Part shown: positions 49,701 through 63,500 of the stretch, piece after piece | Numbering within the stretch: position 1 is the stretch's first letter | Layout of the letters: every line of letters begins with the position of its first letter | DNA from: Takakia lepidozioides | Taxonomy: Eukaryota; Plantae; Bryophyta | DNA length: 64,000 nt | Reading direction: 5' to 3' | Assembly: GCA_030704615.1 (NCBI GenBank) | Contig: CM060734.1 | Span: 6,138,001 to 6,202,000, forward strand | Made by a program: the position numbers and the translations under genes | Notes under the pieces: generated by a model | The model's input: only the letters and a program-made list of their open reading frames with translations | What the model was told of the DNA's origin: nothing | Databases searched by the model: none

Positions 49701-52221
49701 CCACCCCAATATGACAACGCAAGAGGAGGATGAACCCCTTAGCACTGCCGCATAATTTATTTTCCCGGTGGAAACATCCCCGATGGTGATCATCCGAAAG
49801 AAGAATGGAGGCCTAAGGGTATGCGTGGACTTCCGTCCCCTTAACAAGGTAACACACAAGGATCATTTTCCCTTGCCATTCATAGATACTTTGGTGGAAG
49901 AAGTAGCAGGAAAGGAGCTCTACTCCTTCATGGATGGCTTTTCAGGGTACAATCAGGTATTGATTGACCCAAAGGACGTGTTGAAAACCACCTTTACTTC
50001 ACCATGGGGCACCTTTGCCTATACACGGATGCCCTTTGGCCTGTGCAACGCACCCCTGTCGTTTCAGAGGGTCATGACGTATGCCTTCTCAGACATCGTG
50101 AGAAGAAATTTGGTCATCTTCTTAAATGACTTTTGTTGCAATGGGGATGCAAAAGATCACGTTGCAGCATTACGGGAGTGCTTCATCCGGTGCAGGGAGA
50201 ATGGGATCTCTCTCAACCCAATGAAGTGCGTGTTTGCAGTCACACATGGACTGCTACTAGGGCACATAGTGTCCAAAGATGGCGTGGCGACAGATCCAGC
50301 AAAGGTGAGCGCCATAGTCGAATTGTCCGCACCAGAGACATCATTTAAGGTGAAAGGGTTCCTTGGCCACACAAGGTGGTATAGGAAATTTATGGACAAG
50401 TATGCAGCAGAGGCCTTACCTCTGACTTGATTATTGAAGAAGAACCAGGTATTTTCCTGGGATACATGGTGTGAGGAGTCTTTTGAGACACTCAAGCAGC
50501 GCTTGGTGTCCGCTCCCGTTTTGGCCGCTCCCGACTGGAACATGCCTTTCCATGTTTACGTTGATGCTTCAGCGGTGGCCGTAGGCTGTGCCCTGTGCCA
50601 ACCAGATGCTGATGGCCATGATCATCCAATATCTTTCGCCAGTCGACAACTGACATTCGCCGAAATGAGGTATAGCACCACAGAGCGGGAGGCTCTGGGA
50701 ATGATTTTTGCCGTAAAGAAGTATCGGCATTATTTGTTGGAGACATCTTTCATTTTTTTTGTTGATCACATGGCATTACAATACCTGATCAACAAACCCG
50801 ATTTGACGGGAAGAATAGCCAGGTGGGTTATTCTGCTTCAGGAATTCTACTACAAGGTAGTCTACAAGCCCGGAAGGCTTAATGCTCAGTGCCGACCACC
50901 TTTCCCGATTGTCGGAAGAAACAGGGGCCGAGCCTATTGACGATGACTTCACGGATGCATTTTTGTTCTCCGTAGAGACCGTTCCTCCATGGTATGAACA
51001 CATAGCTCAGTAGTTAAGCACCCTGGAATTTCCCCCAAGATTGGATCGACATGCGCGACGAAGGCTTCGACTGCGCATCATGAAGTTTGCTCTTGTGGGA
51101 GGGCAACTTTATAGAAGGGGATTGGATGGACTCTTGAGGCGATGCGTCACCCCGGAGGAGGTTCCCCAGATTTTAGAATCAGCCCATGATAGCATGTGCG
51201 GAGGACACTTTGCAGGGCGGCTCATAGTGCAGAAGGCTTTGAGGGCAGGATACTACTGGCCCTCCATGTTCAAAGATGCGCACATGCATGTGCAAAAATG
51301 TGACTTTTGTCAGAGGTAAGCCAAGCGAGATAACAGGCTCGGAATGCCGTTAGTTCCCACTCTCCCCCTTGCTCCGTTTGAGAAGTGGGGGATCGACTAT
51401 GTAGGGGAAGTGCACCTTGCATCGAGTCGACAAAATCCCTACATGATTGTAGCCGCTGAGTATCTGACCAAGTAGGCCAAAGCGGTTAAGAGGGCCAACG
51501 CACAGATAACTGCCTCTTTCATTTATGAATATATCATTTCCCGATTCGGATGCCCAAAAGAGATAGTGAGTAACAGAGGATCAACGACGTCATCGAGGAA
51601 ATGATGGTGGCATTCTCCATCAAGCATCGAAAGGCAGCCCCTTATCATCCACAAACGAGTGGGCAGGTGGAACGCGCCAACCAAACCCTGTGCAACATTC
51701 TCTCCAAGACAATCAGGGAGCACAAGAGGGATTGGGACACCAAGTTAATTTCGGCTTTGTGGGCATTTCGCACAACCCATACGGTAACTACTCGACATAC
51801 CCCCTTTTCATTGGTTTATGGGGTAAAGTCCATCATGCCAATCGAGACAGAAATCCCATCTCTACGATTGGCCATTACCGAACGGTTGGCGACATCAGAG
51901 TCATTAAAGGAACGACTCGAGATGTTGGAAGGACTGGATGAACTCCGGCAAGCAGCAACTCAGCACATTGAGGTAGTGCAACGGCGAAGGAAGGCTCGTT
52001 TTGATGCTAAGCGCAAAAAGAGAATCTTCGATCCAGGAGATCTTGTACTATTATTTGACAGTCGGAACGAGGAGTTCAAAGCCAAGTTCGACTCATACTG
52101 GATGGGCCCTTATCTCGTCAAGACAGTCTTTGACAATGGCTCATTACAACTAGAGATACTAAGAGGAGTGGAGTTCCCCAACCTGGTGAACGGTGTCCGA
52201 TGCAAGCACTACTACATGTGA
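46750..52221 (+). pseudogene. gag-pol polyprotein (degenerate)
   Basis: gag IRQG…FLSGL; CCHC knuckle CSNCDGPGHAAQHC (~47370); protease LVDDGSSVN; RT LRVCVDFR, DGFSGYNQ, MPFGLCNAP and FLNDF (mutated YxDD); RH VDAS…EREAL; INT HHCC, GIDY, QVERAN and WMGPY. No chromodomain. Confidence 0.95.
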
Positions 52222-54284
52222 GTTCCATTAACCAATGAACTATTTCCCCCCACTAAGGGAGAGATCTTTAGGATTTCGTCCCGGTTTGTCGGAAGGAAAT
52301 GTTGGTATTTCTTATCCATTGACTCATTGGTTATTGGAGCTCCACAACGAGGTGGAGTGCGGGGCAACTAAGTTGTAATAATCCAATGAAACTTCTCCAA
52401 TGGGAAGAAGTCAGTAGGGCTCTTACCCAAGTAGGTTATTGACACCCTTTCTTGGAGTTCCGAGGGTAGATCTTGGGATGCAGGGCAATGCAGTTGCATT
52501 AAAAGAGGTGGTTTGTTCTCCAGAGTGAATTTTTGGGTAGTTATTGGAATCCACAAGGACAGACCTTGGGATGCGGGGCACATAGCATGTAGTAATCTAA
52601 CCCACCTTGTAGAATTGGCATAAGCTATGAAAGCTATGACCATCTAATTGCCAAGTAGAAAACTTCATACATCTTCGTTACTAATCACGTGTTGTGAGTT
52701 TCTTTTCTTCTTCACCAAGTGAAGAACCATAGGTGCAGGAATGGGAACAATGGGTTGGCTAATATATGCACTCTTGTTCAATGCACACTATCGATCATCA
52801 TTTGTTTTTTTTCTATCACAGAGTCTATCTGTGTCTGCTCAAAGCATATCTCGAGAAAAAGTAAATGCTTGCTGTATCAAGCATTCTGCAGTATACTGAT
52901 GCTCCCTGCATGGAGCACAGCGACTTCCCGCACGGGGATTCTAAACCTTAAACCTTTTGTCATTTTCACCTTACCCCGCTGCAGCATTCCTCGTAGAGAG
53001 AGAAAAGTCAGAAGCAGTGAGGGGGTAAAAGGTGACTTGTAGAGTAGTGGTTGCTGCTCCCTCACATGAGTGAAGGGCGTCAGACACAAGAAAACCCAGA
53101 AGGGCTTGTGACCTCTTCAGATAGAATGTTACATTGTTCCAGAGTATGGTCCTCTGAGGTGCAAAATGGATCCAATCATTTCTTAGGTCAAGAATTTCAT
53201 CATGAGCTCTGCGAAATCCATGAGAGGTCCCTGCAAGTCATGAACCAAGTTAGATTGTAGTTAGGAATGGTGCGTTTATTTCATGGGTAGGGTCCTCGGG
53301 TATCCAATCTTTTCTATTGTTATGGGAGCCAAGAATTAGGACTCCCAGAAGCATCTTGTTTAGGAGCTTCTAGACCCTTCTGGATTCGAGTCGAGGTCGT
53401 AGTTCGCAGCGAGCGATTTACCATGAGCTGTGCACATCCATGAGAGGTCTCTGCAAGCCATGTCAAGTAGGGTAGAACCAAAAGTCCTTCCAAGGCTATT
53501 TTAGAGTACAATCATCAATTTGCACCGCGCATATCTCTCTTATATCATCTAGGGGATTCGAACCCAGTCCGGTGGGGGAGAATGGCGGTTTTGAAGTATT
53601 TTTTATCTGGGAACTCCAACTCTCGAAGAAGGCGAGCTGGGTGGTTTTGAAACATTTTTTTGGCTTTTGCTTTTATTTCCTCCTCTCTCCCGGAAGACTC
53701 GAACTCTCTCTGAGGAGGAAGAGCCTGAGGGGAATTATTCTTATCTTTACGCAAGGGAGTCGTTGACTCCAAGGGATATCAGGGATACCCTAGTAAGGGG
53801 ATTTTTACGAACCAGAGATCCTGGATTCTCTTACACTCGGGACGAGTGTTCCCCATTGGTCGCCATATATGTAGATGCATATATTGGTACACTTTTCTTT
53901 TCAGATCGTTTTTTATCATAAAACAAGCGGTTTCGGCATTGTACTGCCAAAACATGTTAGTTTGTTAGTTGTCTGGAAATCGTTGATAAAGCACGTAGAA
54001 AATTAGACAGTGTCTGCGACGACCATGGAGTGGAACTCTGGCGTCAAGATGACCGTAGGAAGCTGCATCAATAGCAGATTAGGCTGCCAATTCGGTATCA
54101 GAAACGACGAGTTAATCATGTTCGAACAATACATGACGACTGTTCCAGTCCCAGTTTGCGATCTCTCTTTTCTCCCACCTGTCAAGACCAGTAGGAACAC
54201 ACGGCGAGGAGCTTGGCAATTGTGGAAGCGACATGTATAACGATGAAATATCGCAACAAAGCAATTGCATCGGAATGACAACAA

Positions 54285-57200
54285 GTCAGGACAACTTCAA
54301 ACGGCAAAGCGTGGACTTGTTAGCGGTGCGGGACAATTGGAGGGGACTCCGGACAACCTATGACTCAGTGGCAGGGTCAAAGATCCCAGAACCATCACCA
54401 GGGATTTGATTTTCAAATATACCACAAAATATGTGTGTAGCAAAAATACGACGAATGGCAAGAAGCACAACTTTTTACCACCGATGGAGCTGAGAATTTA
54501 CAGGCTGATATGGGGTATATAATTGTAGTTTGTCACCAAGTTTGGTGATTTATGGAGCTGATTAGCAGCAGGGCCAAATTATTGAGTCGACGGCACTCAC
54601 AAGGCCTATTATTTGCATTTCTACTTCTTGGATGGATGAAAAACGCCTTGAGGAGCTGGATGGATGAAATGACAACTCGCGCCAACTGGTCATCCAATTG
54701 GATGGATGAAAAGACAGCTTTCATTTGCCTCTAAGACTTTTCATCCATGTGGAATAATATATTATAGATCCTCCAAAGAAACAATAGTTTAATGAATATT
54801 TTCCATTAGTCTATTAGGCACAACAACAATATAAAAGAGGGGGCAAGGCTTCTCTTATTCTTCATCTAGCTCATTTGCTTAGTTTCCTCTTGCTTGTTGT
54901 TGTAGTGCTTGCTAGCTTTTGGCTTGAGGAGGGGCTAGATCCTATGGAGTGGAGCTTGAAGCTCCCTAGTTAGGTAGGATTATTGTAAGCTAAGGCAAGT
55001 GGCCTAGCTTGTGGGCCTTTGAGCCATTTTCATTTGTGAAGGAAGAGGGCAATTTCATGTGGGGAAAGTGACTTGAGGACGAGTAGGAGGGGCTGGTATG
55101 GACTGACTTACGAGAGCCCAAGTGGAGGCCGCATAGAGTACCATTACTTGAGTCGATAGAGCATCCCAAACACTCTCGCATAAAAAGGTTGATCCCATCT
55201 TACCATTTCACCATTTGTGTATGTGATTCATTTATTTTCCAAGCAAAGCTTGAAGTTGAAAATCTGATTTAGACTCTTCAAAAGAGGAGAGTGCATTGTG
55301 GAATCCCATTATTTCATGTCTAGAAGTGACAAGGGGACGACCCCAATAGTCTATTGGGAAGGGCACCAATAGAGGCTTGTATTTAAATTGTTGGAAGAAG
55401 GAATCTTTGTGTTTGATTACTAATTTGAAATATAGCCAGCCCTGGCAAAGGCAGGCCAGTAGGCTGGATCTATGACATCAGGCCACTATAAGGCCACTAT
55501 GTGCTAATTCCCCCCCCCCCACTAGCAAGCCATGGAGGCCTAGGGGAGGGTGGGTTGTATTTTTTTGTATTGGGGTTTGGGCGGGTTAATTTCGCTTGAC
55601 AACAGCTGCCCCAAAGTCGGGTGTTGCGCCTAGAGAGTAGGGACAACACTAAAAGCGTGGAGGCAGCCGTGGGCCAGCCACGACGTACGGGAGCGGGGCC
55701 CCAGCGTTGACCTTAAGTCGTATTGAGATCAAGTACATCAGCCGCGTGGCTCAGGCGTGAGGCCCTGAAGCGTGCGAGCAGGGTGCGGGTCTTTACCCGC
55801 TGGATAACCAAAAGTTGAGACGGACCGGCGGACGCTGGCGTTAACCGTAGTGGTCCACGGTTTGGATCGCTACGCGCGGATCTGCGCCCCGCCACGTGGC
55901 GGGGGCGTTTTACCCAGCGGGCAATGTGTCTGCAAATTCCCTTAAAGGGGGGTATTCTTACCTATAACTATTAGATTCAATTTATACCCCTCTAAGGGTT
56001 AGGAGCCATTATCTAAGGCGCCAGTGGTAGATAAAATCTAGGATTTTGGGAGGACGTAGCCTTGGAGGGGAGCGTTCTTAGGACTCCAAGAGATAGCCAA
56101 GCGGGCCTGGGAGCAGTGAGCTAGAGGCGGAGACCTCGAGAGACAAGGGAGGAGAGAAAGTACTCTGTCCTAAAAACTCGGCTACAGTGAGCCTTTGTGT
56201 CAGAGCCCAAAGTAGAGGATGATTTTTTCCACGGAGGGAAAGCGCACCAGCACCTTAAAATAATGTAAGGGGGGTGAAATCTGGCTTGGACCCACCAGTG
56301 GTTATTTTATTATTTATGCGTGCATGTTCTGGACTAACGAATGTAGTGGCAGGGATGAGCTCTCAGCGAGATTCATTCATCCGATAGAGCCGCGACAGTT
56401 CCCCGTGGTAGGGAACGGTTCCCGGGTGTTCTTCGGTTCTCATGGGGTTCCCAAGGGCATCTTTAGGCACCAAGGGTATCTTTGGACTCTCCACATGATT
56501 TCCCATAGGGGAGGTATTTTTTTCTGATTTTCTTAATTTCTTTTATTTTCCAGCATTTCTGATTTGCGAAATTGCTTAAAAAGGATAGATGCACGTGGTG
56601 CTCGTTATAGCCTGTAGGGCGTTGATTAAACTGATTGAACTTGTTGAGTTGAAGGGCTTAGAACCACCTTATTGAATTGAGTGAACCTATTGGATGACGA
56701 TAGGCATTTTGGCCACTCCTTTGCTAAAACAAAGTATTTAGCACTGGGGTAGGAAGCGTTGGCCCTTCCATTTAGAGGTGACTTGAACTCAAGCCCTCGG
56801 CGAAGGAGGGGCATTGGGAGAGGACGATTTTCCCTCTTCCCCCTAGGCTCGGCAAGTGCCTTGTGAAGGGATTAAAACATGTCCCGGCTATAGGCTGCTC
56901 GGGGGCCTAGGCGGTAGGAATTAGACAATAAAACACAAAGACTTGGAAGGCAGTTACTGAGTAGATTGTAGGATACTGTAGGACTTAGAAACGCAAACTC
57001 GCCCTGTGAAGAGGAGTACGTGATTTCTCTTTGCCGGTAGGACTTAGATAGTGATCATAGCCACCATGTACGACCACGGACCCCCTGCACTAACCGCAGT
57101 CGGGTAGGCGGTTCAGTGAGCCCAACCTACACCGCAACTTACCTCGGCCCCCCTAGACTACTATGTCGTCACCCTGACCGCGCGCGCTCAGGGCTCGTCA
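54285..57200 (+). repeat. 3' LTR (true start probably further upstream; candidate TG at 53583 after PPT-like GGTGGGGGAGAA)
   Basis: Homology to the 5' LTR; terminal CA at 57200 abuts the interrupted MULE ORF. Confidence 0.85.
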
Positions 57201-60010
57201 TAAGGCCTGGCCTCCCGCGCACTATAATGCTTGAACAACCCTGTGAAAGTTGGGGCTGGAGTCCCTGTAGGGGCTCTACAAATCATAGATGTGCACTTCA
57301 CAAAGGACGTTGCCCTGATAGAGGAACATTTTACTTTTGAGCCTTGCGGAGTTCGTTCCATGTGCCATAGCGCGTCTGCACAATTAGACTCCTGGATGGG
57401 CAACAGGTTTGCCCATTCTTCCCGTGTAGTTGTAGTTGTCGACTTCGTGAACTCTGTCGAAGAAGATTCACCCACAAAGGATGTTGCGTGCACAAAAGTG
57501 GGTGGCACGGGCACATGTGGCACCGAAAAGTTATCTCTATCGTGTCGATGTGAATCGTCGTCCGATCCCGGAGGGGTGTCCAGTTTGTGCTTGCATGAAC
57601 CGAATCTCTCCTCACCTTCCAGATGAGGATGTCTTGATTGCAAAGGTGTTCCCATTGTGCATTTGTTTACAACCTTTGTCATTCTAGCACGATTCTTGCA
57701 TCTATTTGCAGCCCTCAACTACAACCCTGCTCTGTCTGACCCCTTACCAGAACCGCGTCCACGAAGGAAATCCCGGTACCGTGTCTGTTGCGAAAACGCA
57801 CGGACCATGTCATCCGAAGTGACAACGTACAGGTCCCGCCCGTTCTTGCCGGATTGCGCATTCCACATACTATGCACAGTCTCGGATAGATTACAGGAAG
57901 GCATATCCGCTATGTCCTCTAGAGACATATTCTGCACACAATGTTCTTCCCACTAATTATTGTACTTCAAAAGATAATAGCATTGAAGAAAGACACGTCA
58001 ACAAGGGTAATAGCGTAAATTGAACTCATGCAAGCCTCGGAGATTAGGAAGGGACCTTACTCTTGTCATGAACCCCCCCCACTGTTTGTATCTGAAGTGC
58101 CAGAATCCCATCCAGTCGTCAAGTTCTTTGAGGCCATCCTGACTTGCTGCATTGGAGGAGTACCACCATGCCTGAATAGTTTGGTATAAGGAGTTTGCTT
58201 CGATCTCGCTTGTTGCATCTTTATATAGCCGGCAGAGTTTTATGTGTTCCTCCTGCAACTCTGGTTTTATGCAACTCTTGGTGTGCCTTCGGAGGGACTG
58301 CGTCCAATGGAATAGGCAAGTGCGCTCCCTGCCCATCATGGGTATTTTCGGATCACCACTTCCAAAAACAGACCGGACTGCATTTCAATTTGCCTGCGCG
58401 CTGTCGGCCATAAATCCATGAAAGTTCGGATCTGGGACAGTATTGTTTCTCATGACTTTCACAAGGGACTTCCACATTAGGATTTGAGACTCAGTGTCTT
58501 CGGATTGCATGTCACACACTGCAATCGTCATAACTCTTTGGTAAGAAGGATCGTACACATGAGCAGCCATGGTTGTCTAGCCCTTTGAAACACATTTCAC
58601 GTGATCAAACATGAGCCAGGATTTCTGGAGATCGCCACCGGGCTGCATTCTGCGGACCAAGCTAACTCCACTTCCCTCCGCAACTGTGGACATCTTGAAC
58701 AATAACTCTTTCAACGACCCCTGACCAGGAAAGACATTATCTTGAATGAAGTCGTACATGCTTCTCCGCTTCAATTCCAGGATGCTATCCACATAACATG
58801 TGCTCCCTATCCCCATTCTGAGTGCGTTGCGTACATTGGGCGAACTAGGGGTCAAGAAATAGTCCATAACGACGTCCAGTTTTTCGCCGTCCAGTTTCAG
58901 AATGTTCTCTTCCGCTCCTCCTAGAATGTGTTTTTGCAAGAAGCTCTTGCTTGCAGAAAGTGCAATTGCAGATGGCGGTGCATAAGGAGCATTCTCCACC
59001 TCATGCCGTAGAAGTCCCCGAATTGTTTCAAGACTTTCCCGACAATCCCCTTTCGATACGGGGTGGGTATGATTGCTGAGATGAACACAAGCTCGGGTCA
59101 GGCCGCGAAAACGATGGAGCACATAGTACATGCGGGCCTTGCATGTGCCAATGCATGTTGGGGCCGTTTTGCAATATTTGCAAAGCAACGTCGTGTTTTT
59201 AGGAGGTGGGCACCCCACTTCGAATGGGTTATCCGCGCAACCCTCCCATTCTGTCTCGTTTGGTGAACCTCTCAATGATAGGTAGTTGCAGACTTCATTT
59301 CCACAACAGAGGTGCCCAACGCAGACTGATCTACGGAAAGACAAGCCATGAGGGTTGTGTATGTTGGTTGTCTTAGTTCGACACCAAGGGTGTCCGTCGT
59401 GCTTCTTGTCCATCCCTTGCATGAGTCCCACCAAACCTCCACAGGACGTCGGAGGTGGTAGCTCAAAAATCACATCTCCATCAAAGTCTGCGGGAACGTA
59501 TTTTGCTCTTACAATATTAATTGTCCCCCATGCAATTCCACGCACGTCACTTCTGCAGTTTGGCAAGCCTTTTATAGACTGCAACTTTGGAACGACACTG
59601 CCTATTTCCTGCACATCTGGTTCTTGGTGTGTTGGAGGTGGTGGAATCTCGGAGATGTCGTCGTCACCCGAGCTTTCCGAGAGATCGACAAAAGCTGTCG
59701 AAGTGCTGGTGTCCTCTCTTTTGATTGTAGTAGGTGTGAAGGCCAGAGCCACCGAAGCGGCAGTTCTTGGTGTGAGTGTTGAGCCTGCAGACGATAATCG
59801 TTGATCCCCGTGCACGTGATACGTACCTGCTGGAACTCTCCATTGTCTAATATGGTCATCGCACACGAATGGCTCCAGAATCATCATACTGTCAACCCTA
59901 CCGGCGGAGTCGTGCACTTCTTTCTCCACATGCACAGTTCCAGCTTGTAGATCCAAGCTTCTACAGAGGACATCCTCCCCCACGGTTGCCATCCCATTGG
60001 CGTCAGGCAC
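57201..60010 (-). pseudogene. Mutator/MULE-type DDE transposase with GCM-like zinc DNA-binding domain; 3' end cut by the LTR element
   Basis: WCRTKTTNIHN…RSVCVGHLCC…CKYC…C…HTHP resembles the WRKY-GCM1 fold. DDE-type motifs are MFDHVK, FMADSAQAN, CLFHW (CxxH) and CNLSE. Probable phase-0 intron ~57953-58060; several in-frame stops. Confidence 0.8.
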
Positions 60011-60581
60011 TTGTTAGGGGGAGCGATTTGTAAGCACAGTAGAATTTTATCAACTCACCTGTGAGAGCCATTCGCAAAGCAGAGAAGAGTACGGGTACAG
60101 TGTCCAACAAAGTGTGGCAGCACTGGAGCAACGATTCGTACATCTGTGGATAGCATCAAACAATATGCTCGAAGGGCCCAGACAGGAATGTCACCGCCGA
60201 TGCACGGCTGGCAGGATGAGCGGTTTTCATTTCACTGTGCAACAGGCCATCTATCCTCATCCATCCACATCACCCAACTGACAAGGTATCCTATGTAACC
60301 ATTAACTGCCTGTATCCAACGGTTTTTTACAGACACCAGCCGTCCAGCCACCCGTTCATTCTATCTTAAGATGTGATGTGTCATCTGAAGATGAAATGCA
60401 ACTAGGATGAAATTGTTTTACCCGTCAAGATATCGAATGAGTAGGGGATGTGGAGAAGACACCACCACTGAAGTGAGAACCAAAAATTCCACTTGTGTAC
60501 GGTTGATGATAGTAGGCGCGTACGCCAATCATACACAACCTTATTTTAGCGCGACTCTGAACCGCCCAGGGACGACATGTC

Positions 60582-63500
60582 TTGCATGCAGATGCTCCAT
60601 GCCACCCCGCCGCTTCTCCACGAAGCTGGCATCTTGGCGTTGTAGGGGCGGCGGAGAGGCAAGTGCACTCCCTCTTTCTCGCACCACTTTTTTCCTCGCT
60701 AGCTGCAATCCTGGATCCTGTCGATAGTGAGACTCCCTCTCGAGCTAAAAGAAGGTGCCGACGAACTCTGTACTTCACATCTAACAAACAAAGGTTGCGG
60801 GCGAAGGAGAGAATGAAAAAGATCCGAAGGGAACTCGTGTTGGGGGAGGACACCAGGGAGGGAGAGGCCGGAGGAGAGGGAGAGGCAGAGGCTGGAGAGG
60901 GAGAGGCCGGAGGAGCAGTTGCGCGGCAGTCTCTAGAAGGTTTAGCCGCGGTGCAGGAGGAGCCCAGCGAGCTACAACCTTTTGAGGGCGGAGAGGAGGA
61001 CGACTGGACCCGCCTCCAACAACAGTCTCAAGTAGTCCGCATAATGGAAGAGACACCAGCGGACGAAGTTCGTGGTTTTGTCACCCACCAGCCCGATCTT
61101 CTAGGACCTGTCCTCCCACACGAAGTGAAGTAGACGAGTCAGGCGGGAGATGCATCTTCGAGCGCTACGAAGAAGCAAGCCGAGGTATGTTTGTTGTTCC
61201 ATTTGCCTTTGTTTTTCAACGACAGTAGTGATTCTGTCTATTTGTTAGATCCCAATCAACCTTGCGTCAACGCAAGGTTGATTTGCTGGAATGCCCGAGT
61301 CGTGAATGACGGACAATAAGATGGTTCTCTTGTGCAACCCCTCAATCAACCTTGCGTCAACGCAAGGTTGATTCAGGTGACAGATACAAACATCCGAAAC
61401 GAACTCTTGTGGCATTGAAGCAACATCCACGGCGGTTTTGGGCAGACCTTGCACAACCTTGCGTTGCCGCACCCCTCAATGGAGTGCCCTTTGAATGATT
61501 GTCACCCGGTACTGAAGCCCGCAAAACAACCTTGCGTTGATGCAAGGTTGTTTGGAAGTCATGTCAAATGCCTGTTTTTGCTGCCGTTCCCACACTTGCA
61601 TGCCCCAAAATCAACCTTGCGTCAATGCAAGGTTGATTTCAGCCCGACTTGAGTGTCGTTGTTCTACTTTTTTTGATCGTTTGAAGCTCACAGAATAACC
61701 TTGCGTCAATTTCTCTCTTTGCCTTCACTCCCACCGTTGCAAGCCCCACAAACAACCTTGCGTCAACGCAAGGTTGATTTGGGCCACAGTCCAGTGTCGT
61801 TTTGATCTATTTTTTTGGACGTTTGAAGCTCACAAAACAACCTTGCGTTGACGCAAGGTAGTTTGGAAGTCCTCTCAACGTCTGTCTTTGCCTCCATTTC
61901 CACCATTGCAAGCCCCACAAACAACCTTGCGTCAACGCAAGGTTGATTTGGGCTGCAGTCCAGTGTCGTTTTGATTTACTTTTTTGAACATTTGAAGATC
62001 ACCAAACAACCTTGCGTTGACGCAAGGTAGTTTGGGAGTCCTGTCAACATCTCTCTTTGCCTCCATTCCCACCGTTGCAAGCCCCACAAACAACCTTACG
62101 TCAACGCAAGGTTGATTTGGGCTACAGTCCAGTGTCGTTTTGATCTATTTTTTTGAACGTTTGAAACTCACAAAACAACCTTGCGTTGATGCAAAGTAGT
62201 TTGGGAGTCCTGTCAATGTCTCTCTTTGCCTCCATTCCCACCGTTGCAAGTCCACAAAACAACCTTGTGTCAACGCAAGGTTGATTTGGGCTTCAGTCCA
62301 CTGTCGTTTTGATTTGTCGCAAGGTTGTTTTGGGCCATGCCGCTGCATGTTTTACTGTCATTTTGTTTAATATCAGACTTCGTGACTGATAAATCTTCCA
62401 GTTTTAGCAGAGGAAAAGGAAAAGGAAAGACCCTGTCAGAGACGGAGCAGAGGCAGAGTATGAAGATGATGAAGATTGCGTTGACGAACATTACGCAGAC
62501 AAAGCAGAGGCTGTTATCGGGGGACAGAAGGTGAATTCTTCGAAGGTAATCCTGTCAATGGAAATTCCTGGTGGAGATCTCCTTATCCCACTGTGCAGAA
62601 TGATATCAATGCCCGCTGTCCGGCCAGCACTCAGAAACGACATAAGGAAACTCAAAAATGATTTTGTGCATAGGTAGGTGAAGGGTTCTGCGGTGTTCTA
62701 TGTTTCCACAACTGACACGGAGGGAGAAGAGTGCCCTGTATCAGAAGAGATTGAGCAAAGTTGGGATCCATGTTGGCGTGAAGTAAACAGGGAGTTCGAG
62801 GCCAAACTATCCAAGAAGGCTTCCACGAAAGTTTTCATGGGGAAGATGTTTTTTGTATGGGATGGCAATCACCGCTTGCTTGCCTGGATGGACTACATAT
62901 CCGAATTGCACTCTGACGAAAAGGATTGGCACTAGAGCGTTCATTCTATGGTCCTAGATCACAAAGGACGAATCACACAGTTGTTGACTGCCATGCACGA
63001 CATCAACAAGTAAGTTTTCCGAAGTTGTTATGCATTATGTGATTGCCATGCACTATTTGTGGTTGTTTTCTTCTTAAATGGCAAAGTGACTGTTCAATGC
63101 AGATCAAATGAAACCTCCCACATAACAACCAACCTCTGCCACACCCTTTTCCGGGTCCAGAAGATTGGTATGATGCTACTGGAATCGTTTGCAAACGTGT
63201 TGAGTCCAAGTCAAATGAAGAGATGCAGGGAGAAGAAGCTTGTCACCTGGTATAGCCTGACAAGAGAGGCATTTCTTGACTACACGTACACGGTAAAGAA
63301 ACCGAAACCGAATTCAAATCCAGGCTAGTTTGTTCCCTCTATTCAATGGATGTGAATTTAAGGATCCTACATTTTGGATTGTTTGCAGCAAGAGATAGCG
63401 GAGACAAACTTGAAGGCGAAGGCCGAATACTACGCCACTCACGCAGAGGAGGAGAGGTCTGCTGTAGGGGTGGCGGAAGCAATCAGGTTTGAGATGGATA

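Larger units (their letters stand above)
43724..57200 (+). mobile_element. Ty3/Gypsy LTR retrotransposon (non-chromovirus), rearranged at its 5' end
   Basis: Direct repeats 43724-46338 and 54285-56889 flank gag-PR-RT-RH-INT in Gypsy order; the 3' LTR ends …GGGCTCGTCA at 57200. Confidence 0.9.

Noticed and set aside
53550-53570. tRNA gene (GGTTCGAATCC on the minus strand)
   Set aside because: Only a T-arm-like word; no cloverleaf or A-box was found.
61254-62327. CRISPR array
   Set aside because: Most spacers are themselves repeated (169-bp unit), repeat orientation alternates, there are no cas genes, and the context is eukaryotic and intronic.
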